From positions 51,127 to 115,126 of the forward strand of contig JAHJGM010000059.1 of the NCBI GenBank assembly GCA_018824305.1: a stretch of DNA of 64,000 nucleotides. The letters run 5' to 3'. Numbering within the stretch: the stretch's first letter is position 1; every line of letters begins with the position of its first letter. The notes under the pieces were generated by a model that saw only the letters and a program-made list of their open reading frames with translations, did not search any database and was not told the origin of the DNA. This document shows positions 39,998-48,132 of this stretch, in pieces. The stretch is from a bacterium (GTDB lineage Bacteria; Campylobacterota; Campylobacteria; Campylobacterales; Sulfurimonadaceae). The position numbers were made by a program, and so were the translations under genes.

Positions 39998-40587
39998 ACT
40001 CTATCCTTGATCTTTTGTATCTCTGCTTTTGCTTCTTCCAGCTCAGGGTTTAGTTCCAACGCTTTTTCATACATCTCTAAAGCTTCATTGTTTTGTTTCA
40101 TATCTACAAGCAGGTTCGCATAATTATAATATGTGACCTCATAATCCGGGTCTATTTCCAAAGATCTCTTATAGTGTTCTTCTGCTTTTGTAAAATCACC
40201 GATTTTTCTGTATAAAGAAGCGAGTGCATTATGGATTGTATCATTATCTTCATCTAGACCTAAAGCTTCCTTATAGTATGAAATCGCTTCGTTCTCTTTC
40301 TTTTCCTGCGCCATGATGTAGCCCATTTTTCCGAGTATGTCAGAATTTTTCGGGTCTTTTACATTTGCTTCATCAAGAAGAGCAAAGGCTTTTGGCAGGT
40401 CTCCATCCAAAAAAGCTTCATCCGCTTTTGTTACAAGCTGCTGCGGGTCAAAAGGCGAAAATCCGTTTTGCGAAGGCTGAGACGGACGAGCATCTTGATC
40501 ATTGTCTTCGAGCGTCTGTACATGTTGATAAACTTTATACGAAAAAAATGCGGCCAGACCGAGCATAAGAATTTGAAAGAGTGTCAT
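39994..40587 (-). CDS. Membrane-anchored tetratricopeptide repeat (TPR) protein
   Basis: 197 aa. One N-terminal TM helix, then three to four TPR units (A..YY..AL..DP....A..NLA pattern). Confidence 0.75.
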   Translation of the reverse strand: MTLFQILMLGLAAFFSYKVYQHVQTLEDNDQDARPSQPSQNGFSPFDPQQLVTKADEAFLDGDLPKAFALLDEANVKDPKNSDILGKMGYIMAQEKKENEAISYYKEALGLDEDNDTIHNALASLYRKIGDFTKAEEHYKRSLEIDPDYEVTYYNYANLLVDMKQNNEALEMYEKALELNPELEEAKAEIQKIKDRV

Positions 40588-40668
40588 TAAGTTCCTTTTT
40601 TGTTATTATAACCATTTTGTAACCATCTCTACGATATAATAAGTAAAATTTAATTAATACGGTTTTAT

Positions 40669-42771
40669 ATGATGATAAATTTAAAAGACCCTAGTTTATA
40701 CAACAATCGCGAGCTTTCTTGGCTTCAGTTTAACACAAGAGTATTGAAACAAGCCCAAGATGCATCTCTTCCTTTATTGGAAAGACTAAAATTCTTAGCT
40801 ATCTACGGAACAAATCTTGACGAGTTTTATATGATCCGCGTTGCGGGGCTCAAAAAACTTTTTAGTGTCGGTGTCATCGTCTCAGGTGCCGACAGATTGA
40901 CACCTTTGCAACAACTCATAGATATCAGAACTTACCTTCACCAAGAGCAGCAGGTCGTCGAGTATTGTATGACCGACATCTTTAAATCTCTCGAACAAGA
41001 GGGGATATTTCTAAAAAAATACAAAGATCTAAACAGCAGTGAAAAGAAAGTTATCAATAAGAAATTTTTTGAAGCGATCTATCCTATTATCATCCCTATC
41101 GCCGTTGATGCGACCCACCCGTTCCCGCATCTTAATAACCTCAGTTTCGGGATCATCGTCAAACTTTTGGACAAAGACGACAACACGGTAGAGAGATTTG
41201 GGATCGTGCGTGTTCCTCGTGTCTTATCAAGATTTGTACAGCTGACCGAGAGTATCTATGTTCCTGTTGAAGATGTGGTTGCCGAACATATAGAAGATAT
41301 CTTTCCGGGTTATAAACTTTTAAAAAGCATCCCTTTCAGGATCACAAGAAATGCCGACATCGCGATAGAGGAAGAGGAAGCGGATGATTTCCTTGAGATC
41401 CTTGAAGAGGGTCTGAAACTTCGTAGAAAAGGCGAGATCGTAAGACTTGAGGTGGGTTCTGATGCCGATGATGAGATCATAGATTTTTTTAACAGCCATA
41501 TCAACGTATTTAAAAACGATATCTATAGATTTCACACGATCTTAAACCTTTCATCTCTTTGGCAGATAGTCGGCAACAAGGATTTTGCACACCTTTTAAA
41601 TGAGCCGTTCAATCCAAAAATCCTGCCGCCTCTCAACTCAAATGAAAATATTTTCAATATTTTAGAGACGCAGGACATCACCCTTTACCATCCCTATGAG
41701 AGTTTTGAACCGATAGTAAGAATGATCCAGACTGCTGCAAAAGACCCAGATGTCGTGACGATCAAGATGACTCTGTATCGTGCAGGTCCGCAGTCTCCAA
41801 TCGTTCAGTCATTGATGAACGCAGCAGAATCAGGCAAACAGGTCACCGTTATGGTCGAGCTAAAAGCAAGGTTTGACGAAGAGAACAACCTCATCTGGGC
41901 AAAAGCTCTTGAAAAAGCGGGAGCTCACGTTATCTATGGGATCTTCGGTTTCAAAGTCCATGCAAAAGCGACGCTTATCACAAGACGTACGAACGGAAAA
42001 CTCAAACAATACGCGCATATCGGTACAGGAAACTACAATCCAAGCAGTGCGAAAATATACACAGACATCAGCTATATGACGGCAAAAGATGAGATCACAA
42101 ATGATTTGACGCGCTTTTTCCACTTTTTGACAGGTTTTAGCAAAAAAGGCAAACTAGAAAAACTCTACATGTCACCGGCTCAGGTCAAACCGAAACTTCT
42201 CTCGCTTATCAATAATGAGACAAGAAAAGGAAAAGCCGGAGAGATCATCGCGAAGATGAACTCTTTAGTTGATGACGATGTGATCCGTGCGCTTTACAAA
42301 GCAAGTCAGGCAGGCGTGAAGATCGAGCTTATCATCCGCGGTGTATGCTGTCTCAAACCGGGGATCGAGGGTGTAAGTGACAACATCAGAGTCACATCTA
42401 TCATCGGTAAATACCTTGAACATGCAAGGATCTTTTACTTTAAAAATACGGCGCCTCATCTGTTCATCTCCAGTGCGGACTGGATGCCTCGAAATCTTAT
42501 GAGACGTATTGAACTTTTAACGGGTATCGACGATAAAGAGAATGCTCAAAAGCTTCTTCAGATCCTACAGCTTCAATGCACGGACAATACTCTGTCTCAC
42601 GAGCTTATGAGTGATGGAAGCTATCGTAAGATAAAAGCGGATCCTGCAACTCCTTTAGTCAACAACCATAAGATCATCGAAGACCACATGAGCAGTATGC
42701 AAAAAGCACTCAAGAAAGAGTCTCCAAACTATGTACAACAACTTGCCTACAGACTCTTAAAGGACTCGTAA
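40669..42771 (+). CDS. ppk: Polyphosphate kinase 1
   Basis: 700 aa. NRELSWLQFNTRVL N-terminus and two PLD-like HKD-type segments (KVHAKATLI; the YLEHARIFYF region). Confidence 0.95.
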   Translation: MMINLKDPSLYNNRELSWLQFNTRVLKQAQDASLPLLERLKFLAIYGTNLDEFYMIRVAGLKKLFSVGVIVSGADRLTPLQQLIDIRTYLHQEQQVVEYCMTDIFKSLEQEGIFLKKYKDLNSSEKKVINKKFFEAIYPIIIPIAVDATHPFPHLNNLSFGIIVKLLDKDDNTVERFGIVRVPRVLSRFVQLTESIYVPVEDVVAEHIEDIFPGYKLLKSIPFRITRNADIAIEEEEADDFLEILEEGLKLRRKGEIVRLEVGSDADDEIIDFFNSHINVFKNDIYRFHTILNLSSLWQIVGNKDFAHLLNEPFNPKILPPLNSNENIFNILETQDITLYHPYESFEPIVRMIQTAAKDPDVVTIKMTLYRAGPQSPIVQSLMNAAESGKQVTVMVELKARFDEENNLIWAKALEKAGAHVIYGIFGFKVHAKATLITRRTNGKLKQYAHIGTGNYNPSSAKIYTDISYMTAKDEITNDLTRFFHFLTGFSKKGKLEKLYMSPAQVKPKLLSLINNETRKGKAGEIIAKMNSLVDDDVIRALYKASQAGVKIELIIRGVCCLKPGIEGVSDNIRVTSIIGKYLEHARIFYFKNTAPHLFISSADWMPRNLMRRIELLTGIDDKENAQKLLQILQLQCTDNTLSHELMSDGSYRKIKADPATPLVNNHKIIEDHMSSMQKALKKESPNYVQQLAYRLLKDS

Positions 42772-43298
42772 TGGTTCATAACTTTAAAGATATAACACCG
42801 GCTGTCGGTGAGAAAAGCTGGATAGCACCCTCAGCCGATGTCATCGGTGATGTAACCATAGGCGAAGATTGTTCTATCTGGTTTGGGTGTGTCGTTCGCG
42901 GCGATGTCCATTACATCACCATAGGTGACAGGACAAATATCCAAGACCTCAGCATGTTACATGTAACGCATTACAAGAAAGCCGATAAAAGCGACGGGAA
43001 CCCGACTATCATCGGTAACGATGTGACTGTCGGTCACCGTGTCATGCTTCACGGCTGTACCATAGAAGACGCGTGTCTTATCGGGATGAGCGCGACCATA
43101 CTTGACGGTGCGGTTATAGGAAAAGAATCCATAGTCGGTGCGGGAGCGCTTGTCACAAAGAACAAAGTATTTCCTCCCCGCTCACTTATCATGGGAAGTC
43201 CTGCAAAACTCGTAAAAGAACTGAGTGATGAAGAGGTCAAAGAGCTTTATGCATCAGCTTCAAGATATGTGAAGTTCAAAGAGGACTATCGTAGCTAA
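42771..43298 (+). CDS. Gamma carbonic anhydrase family / hexapeptide-repeat protein (YrdA/PaaY-like)
   Basis: 175 aa. Left-handed beta-helix hexapeptide repeats with the conserved GDV..I.IG..TNIQD and H..H His ligands. Confidence 0.8.
   Translation: MVHNFKDITPAVGEKSWIAPSADVIGDVTIGEDCSIWFGCVVRGDVHYITIGDRTNIQDLSMLHVTHYKKADKSDGNPTIIGNDVTVGHRVMLHGCTIEDACLIGMSATILDGAVIGKESIVGAGALVTKNKVFPPRSLIMGSPAKLVKELSDEEVKELYASASRYVKFKEDYRS
42957..42966. repeat. TTACATGTAA iterated palindrome, perfect copy 8 (12-nt palindrome GTTACATGTAAC)
   Basis: Inside the gamma-CA-like gene, read as M-L-H-V-T. Confidence 0.9.
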
Positions 43299-43916
43299 AT
43301 GCCGCACCTTGATCCGCTTATCTTAGTAGACATCTTAGGGATTATCGCTTTTACGATAAGCGGTTTTTTAGTCGGAGCCAGAAATAATCTGGACATACTC
43401 GGACTCGTCATCGCAGCCTCACTTACCGCTCTTGGCGGTGGAATCGTGCGAGACACCATCCTCAGCGTCACACCATTTGCTTTTAAAACACTCTACCCTG
43501 CAACTGCACTTTTTGTAGTCATATTTCTGGCATTTCTCATCAAGATACATAGATTCGGAAGTATCGAGAAAAAATGGCTTTTTGTCATTAGCGATACCAT
43601 CGGACTCGTTGCTTTTAGTATCACGGGAGCACTGCTGGCTCTACATGCAGGATATAATTTTTTCGGAGTCATCATCCTCAGTTTCATCACGGCGATGGGC
43701 GGAGGAGTCATAAGAGATATCCTCATAAACCAAGTCCCGGCGGTACTTATCAGCGACTTCTACGGCTCTGTCTCGGTCATAGTCTCCATACTTCTGCTGC
43801 TCTTACATGTAAGTGATCTTTTAAACCAAACGACCATACTTTTGGTGGCAATGTTCTCTATCGCGCTTAGACTTGTGGCTTATAAATATAAATGGCAGTT
43901 GCCGACTATAACATAA
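43299..43916 (+). CDS. Trimeric intracellular cation channel (TRIC) family / UPF0126 membrane protein
   Basis: 205 aa. Internal duplication of a three-TM unit, each ending in the glycine motif GGG(I/V)(V/I)RD (GGGIVRDTIL and GGGVIRDILI). Confidence 0.75.
   Translation: MPHLDPLILVDILGIIAFTISGFLVGARNNLDILGLVIAASLTALGGGIVRDTILSVTPFAFKTLYPATALFVVIFLAFLIKIHRFGSIEKKWLFVISDTIGLVAFSITGALLALHAGYNFFGVIILSFITAMGGGVIRDILINQVPAVLISDFYGSVSVIVSILLLLLHVSDLLNQTTILLVAMFSIALRLVAYKYKWQLPTIT
43803..43812. repeat. TTACATGTAA iterated palindrome, perfect copy 9
   Basis: Context tCTTACATGTAAGt. Inside the TRIC-family gene, read as L-L-H-V-S. Confidence 0.9.
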
Positions 43917-43929
43917 AAATATTTCTTTA

Positions 43930-45168
43930 CTATTCTTGCCCATACACGTGATAACTATTTTTCCCTTGTCCTTTTGCAATATACATCGCAGCATCAGCAG
44001 TACTCATCAATGTCTTAACATTAGTAGAAAATCGTGGGAAACAACTGATCCCGATACTAACACCTACTTTAATAGTGTGCCCTTCAAGTACAGCAGGAGT
44101 TGAAATAGCATGAATAATCTTTTTAGCGATCTGTCCTACTGGTTCATGGTCAGAAGCGCTTTCGATAATAATAGCAAATTCATCACCGCCGATTCTAAAA
44201 ATATTGTCATTTTGTCGCATCGTAGATGTAAGAATCTCACTCACATTCCTCAGTAATATATCTCCAACATGATGACCAAGTTTATCATTGACTATTTTAA
44301 AGTCATCTAAATCAAGTATAAGCAGATAACAAGATGTTCCATATCGTTGAGCATTGCTCATTACTTGAGCAATCCGTTCTTCAAAAAAATGACGATTTGC
44401 AATACCTGTGACACGGTCATAGTAAGCCAACTGCTGCATCGTCATATCTCTGTTATTAATTTGTGTCATCATTTCGCCAAATGCACGAGATAGGCTTCCA
44501 ACTTCATCTTCGGTATCAATTGAAAACGACGTCGTATAATCCTGACTCTTCATTATCTTTTGAGTCGCTATCATCAAATATGTCAATGGCTCCGTAATAG
44601 TCCGACTGATGTGCAACGATACTAAACGAGCAAAAAGAAGCCCCATTATCGCTATAATTATAACTATAATCGCATACCAAAGCATTCGGGTGTAAAAACC
44701 ATCCAAGCTACTAATTAAAATTAAAGAACCGACAAGTTCAGAACGCAGATAGATTGGTTTTTTTATAACAATCACAGATGATGTTATCGTTTCTCTTGAT
44801 GTTGTTGGCGCGTTTGATAATGCAACATAAAGCTTTTTTGCATTTTGCTTACGATAATAACTCTGAAAAATCGTTCCGTCACTTAAAATCAAATGAGCTT
44901 CTATCATCTCTTTTGCACCGTGAAGTGACGAAAGGGTCTCTTCTGCAACGGCATTATCACGAAATGCCACTGCAGCAGCAGAACTCTCAGCAATGATATC
45001 GGCTTGAACTCGAATCTCTTCTATAACAGCAGTTCTCATTGCATAAAACTCATATGTCATCAAAACTATAACAACAGGGATAAATGCTATAAAAATAGCA
45101 AATAAATTAGAATACATCAATTTATTTTGAATCGACTGTTTACTCATCCAATCTTTTAAAAACCTCAT
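43930..45168 (-). CDS. Membrane diguanylate cyclase, YfiN/TpbB-like architecture (TM, periplasmic sensor, TM, HAMP, GGDEF)
   Basis: 412 aa. Two TM helices flank a roughly 110-aa periplasmic region, followed by a HAMP linker. The GGDEF domain has an intact GGDEF active site and an RxxD I-site (RQND) five residues upstream. Confidence 0.85.
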   Translation of the reverse strand: MRFLKDWMSKQSIQNKLMYSNLFAIFIAFIPVVIVLMTYEFYAMRTAVIEEIRVQADIIAESSAAAVAFRDNAVAEETLSSLHGAKEMIEAHLILSDGTIFQSYYRKQNAKKLYVALSNAPTTSRETITSSVIVIKKPIYLRSELVGSLILISSLDGFYTRMLWYAIIVIIIAIMGLLFARLVSLHISRTITEPLTYLMIATQKIMKSQDYTTSFSIDTEDEVGSLSRAFGEMMTQINNRDMTMQQLAYYDRVTGIANRHFFEERIAQVMSNAQRYGTSCYLLILDLDDFKIVNDKLGHHVGDILLRNVSEILTSTMRQNDNIFRIGGDEFAIIIESASDHEPVGQIAKKIIHAISTPAVLEGHTIKVGVSIGISCFPRFSTNVKTLMSTADAAMYIAKGQGKNSYHVYGQE

Positions 45169-45674
45169 TTTGTAACCCTTCTTGCAAGTCTTAAAAGCCT
45201 TGAACTAATACTCAGATTTGTATCTTTAAGCTTTCTCAAGCTAATATCAAACGCCAATTTTTTATTTTCTCGTATTATCATAATGTGGCTATCGGAGATA
45301 TTCGGATTATCTGTAACCACAAGAATCGGTAAATCGGAGACAGCTTTTGCAATCTTTTCCTCTTCTAAAAAATTCACATCATCAAGAAAAAGCACTTGGC
45401 ACTCTTTTGCCTCATTAATGTTACTTATATTTTGTATTTTTAAAGAGTGATCTTCAATACTTTTGTCTTTTAATGCATCAAGTGCAGTACCAAAATTACT
45501 TCGCTCATAAAAACAAATATGAATATCTTTTATTTCTTTATTTTTCGGCCATTCAGTCAATAACGCAAAATTATATATATATGCAACTTTGATCGTGTCC
45601 TCCGGAAGAGGTGCAGCACTTAATTTCAGCATAAAACCTGCAGTAAGTAAAATAATTAACAATATCTGTCTCAT
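45165..45674 (-). CDS. YfiR family periplasmic protein (DUF4154)
   Basis: 169 aa. Signal peptide, then KVAYIYNFALLTEWP, CQVLFL, ILVVTD and SSRLLRLA blocks that follow the YfiR/DUF4154 consensus. ATGA overlaps with both neighbours. Confidence 0.75.
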   Translation of the reverse strand: MRQILLIILLTAGFMLKLSAAPLPEDTIKVAYIYNFALLTEWPKNKEIKDIHICFYERSNFGTALDALKDKSIEDHSLKIQNISNINEAKECQVLFLDDVNFLEEEKIAKAVSDLPILVVTDNPNISDSHIMIIRENKKLAFDISLRKLKDTNLSISSRLLRLARRVTK

Positions 45675-47653
45675 CGGAAGTTGTACTCCAATTGAATCCA
45701 GAAATTGCGACCATCCCGAGGATATTGCATCTCATCTGTATACCACGGCACTATCACATCGCCATAATGCTTATCGGTAATATTACGAACCGTAAAAGAA
45801 AAAACGGTATTGGGAATAGCATTACGCGATATAAGGTTAACATTAGCGATGGTATAGCTATCTGCATAAGTATTACGCGCATCTGTTGAAAGAACACGCT
45901 TTCCTAAATACTGCATTTCAAAGCCCATTCGTAGTTTTTCATCCACAAGCGGTGTCGAGAGATTCAGCTTAGCAATGTCATGCGGTGCATTTATTAATGG
46001 AAGTTTCGTATCAACATCATATGCATCTTGATAAGCATAACTAGCATGAACTCTAGTACCGTCGTTCCAATGCTTTTTAAACTCCACTTCTGCACCGCGA
46101 GCCAATATATCCGATGTATCAAAAGAGATCCTGTCGCTTATGCGGTACTGATACGCCGATGCGAGCAGCTCCGTCTGCCATCCTAATCCTTGTTCCCATA
46201 CTAACTCTGTTGTCTGTGCATGTTCAGGTTTATCTACATAGCCTTCACTTATCGTCGCCTGACGATTTGTCATTCCCGTGGAAAATTTAAAAACTGTATT
46301 TTTGAACGCTTTGTAGATCAGTGCCGCCTGCGGACTAAAAGAATGAAATCCGTTATTGTTGCTTTGCTCATAACGGAACCCGTAATTCAAATTAAAATCA
46401 GGAAAAATGGAAAAATCATCATACAGATAAACACTGGTCGTTTTACGGGGTTCATAGTCATACGGATAAGATTCTTCGATTTGACCTGTAGTGTCATTGC
46501 GGTATTTATCAAAAGAACTCCACTCATAATCATTACGGTACTCAAAACCAAGCGAGAAAGTATGATTTTCAAACCATGAACTGATGAATTTAAGATCGCC
46601 GCCGTGCCAGCGTGCGTTTGTCCCATAGAGTTCTGTAATGCCCCAATTCTCGAAGTATACCGGATCATCATACCTATAAAGATAATGTCCGTACCACACA
46701 GATGCGGACAATTTTAGATCTTGCGAAAGATCGATATTTGCCGATAAGCGGATAAATGCGTTTTCATCCTGAATCATTGGAGATTTGTCGGAAATGATTC
46801 CATCTTGGGGATAAGAGGGGATATGAAGATCCCTCGTACTTCGCGCAGCTAAAAGCGAAAAATTTTCATAAGAGGTTTTAAGAAAAAAGCGTTGGTTACG
46901 CTCCCCGTTTTGATCTTTTTGAGTTGTATCAACAGCATTGACTTGGTAGGTAAAATCTCGTCCGTCCGAGATGTAATCAGAAGCGGAAAACAAAATATCC
47001 AAACCGTTTTCAAGTTTTTTACCATATGTGGCACGCTTAGTACGGCTGTTATGGCTTCCATATCCACCGGCGACCTGAACAGCATCTATATCTTTACCTT
47101 TTTTAGTAATAATGTTTATTACTCCAAGCAGTGCTCCGTTACCGTATCCCGATGAACCGCCACCCGGAATGTACTCAACCCTATCAATTAAAGAGACGTC
47201 TAGGAGACTATCGTTACCGAGATACGCCTGCCCATACATACTGTCATCGGCGCGGTAGCCGTCGATAAGTACGATAATCCGTCCGGCATACTCTCCCGGC
47301 GCACTAAAACCGCGTCCTCCGATATATGTATACTCATAATCATGAAATATTTGAATTCCTCGCATACTGCCTAGTATATCGCCAAGCGTGCGATATCCGT
47401 AATCTCCAATATCCTTCGCAGTAACGATCGACACCGCAGATGCAGCGTTACTGATTTGATTGGCTATATGGTTGGCAGGAATATATTCTGTTTGAAGAAG
47501 TTCTTCCAAAGGGATCATTGTTGCATCGACTATTGTAGTATTATCCTGTGATGCAGACAGAGATGAAGCCAGTAAAAACTGAAGTAAAAAAAGATAAACA
47601 GCTTTTATTCTGCTCAAACTTGTATGTTTTATATAAACAATTTTTCTTAGCAT
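45671..47653 (-). CDS. TonB-dependent outer membrane receptor
   Basis: 660 aa. Signal peptide, plug domain (VSIVTAKDI..YGYRTLGDIL, IDRVEYIPGGGSSGYG) and a C-terminal 22-strand-type beta-barrel rich in alternating aromatic residues. It ends ...QLEYNFR. Confidence 0.85.
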   Translation of the reverse strand: MLRKIVYIKHTSLSRIKAVYLFLLQFLLASSLSASQDNTTIVDATMIPLEELLQTEYIPANHIANQISNAASAVSIVTAKDIGDYGYRTLGDILGSMRGIQIFHDYEYTYIGGRGFSAPGEYAGRIIVLIDGYRADDSMYGQAYLGNDSLLDVSLIDRVEYIPGGGSSGYGNGALLGVINIITKKGKDIDAVQVAGGYGSHNSRTKRATYGKKLENGLDILFSASDYISDGRDFTYQVNAVDTTQKDQNGERNQRFFLKTSYENFSLLAARSTRDLHIPSYPQDGIISDKSPMIQDENAFIRLSANIDLSQDLKLSASVWYGHYLYRYDDPVYFENWGITELYGTNARWHGGDLKFISSWFENHTFSLGFEYRNDYEWSSFDKYRNDTTGQIEESYPYDYEPRKTTSVYLYDDFSIFPDFNLNYGFRYEQSNNNGFHSFSPQAALIYKAFKNTVFKFSTGMTNRQATISEGYVDKPEHAQTTELVWEQGLGWQTELLASAYQYRISDRISFDTSDILARGAEVEFKKHWNDGTRVHASYAYQDAYDVDTKLPLINAPHDIAKLNLSTPLVDEKLRMGFEMQYLGKRVLSTDARNTYADSYTIANVNLISRNAIPNTVFSFTVRNITDKHYGDVIVPWYTDEMQYPRDGRNFWIQLEYNFR

Positions 47654-47811
47654 TAACAGACTGTTTTCTCCCTGTTAGTTTTATTTACATTTTACAAAAA
47701 CAATAGGGACAAAACAGTTCCATAATAGTGCCATAAAAGGAACCGATATGGAACTTTTCTAATATTCTCACTTATAAAGTTTATCTATTTACAATATAAG
47801 ACAAGCGTTTT

Positions 47812-48072
47812 TTAGTTGATTCTGACGGATCTTACATGTAAGCGATCTTTTAAAATCAGGCTGGTATAGATATGACCGACTTTATACTTGTATCTCATCA
47901 TTTCAGGAGCTATCAGTTGTGAACGAAATTGATTTGTTTTTATATTTCTGAAGATTGCTTTGTAGTAGTTTGGATGCTCTTTGATATTTATGTCAGTGAC
48001 TATGACAAATTCAAAAGGTTGGTTAGGGAATTTTGAGAAAAACTCGAGGATTGTTGAGTTGTTTTGCGCCAA
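47812..48072 (-). CDS. Hypothetical 86-aa protein, no recognised family
   Basis: TTG start preceded by a strong SD (GGAGGA, 7 nt spacer). Basic and aromatic-rich, with no signal peptide. It lies between argJ and the TonB-receptor operon. Confidence 0.4.
   Translation of the reverse strand: MAQNNSTILEFFSKFPNQPFEFVIVTDINIKEHPNYYKAIFRNIKTNQFRSQLIAPEMMRYKYKVGHIYTSLILKDRLHVRSVRIN
47832..47841. repeat. TTACATGTAA iterated palindrome, perfect copy 10
   Basis: Context tCTTACATGTAAGc. Inside the 86-aa ORF (minus strand), read as R-L-H-V-R. Confidence 0.9.
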
Positions 48073-48086
48073 TTTTCAATCCTCCA

Positions 48087-48122
48087 GTAACATTTATTCT
48101 TGCCCTGTAACATTTGTTCTTG
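48087..48122 (-). repeat. Tandem direct repeat (16 nt, 15/16 identical, 20-nt period) abutting the SD of the 86-aa ORF
   Basis: Plus strand: GTAACATTTATTCTTG (48087-48102), CCCT, GTAACATTTGTTCTTG (48107-48122). Minus strand: CAAGAACAAATGTTAC-AGGG-CAAGAATAAATGTTAC-TGGAGGA-TTGAAAA-TTG(start). Confidence 0.7.
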
Positions 48123-48132
48123 TAAATGACAA

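Noticed and set aside
47654-47811. Riboswitch (cobalamin) or Fur box upstream of the TonB-dependent receptor
   Set aside because: The 158-nt leader is too short and AT-rich for a cobalamin riboswitch, and I saw no B12-box-like core. I saw no convincing 19-bp GATAATGATAATCATTATC-like Fur box. Only short inverted repeats are present (GTTCCAT...ATGGAAC; TAACAG...CTGTTA), which I do not consider significant on their own.
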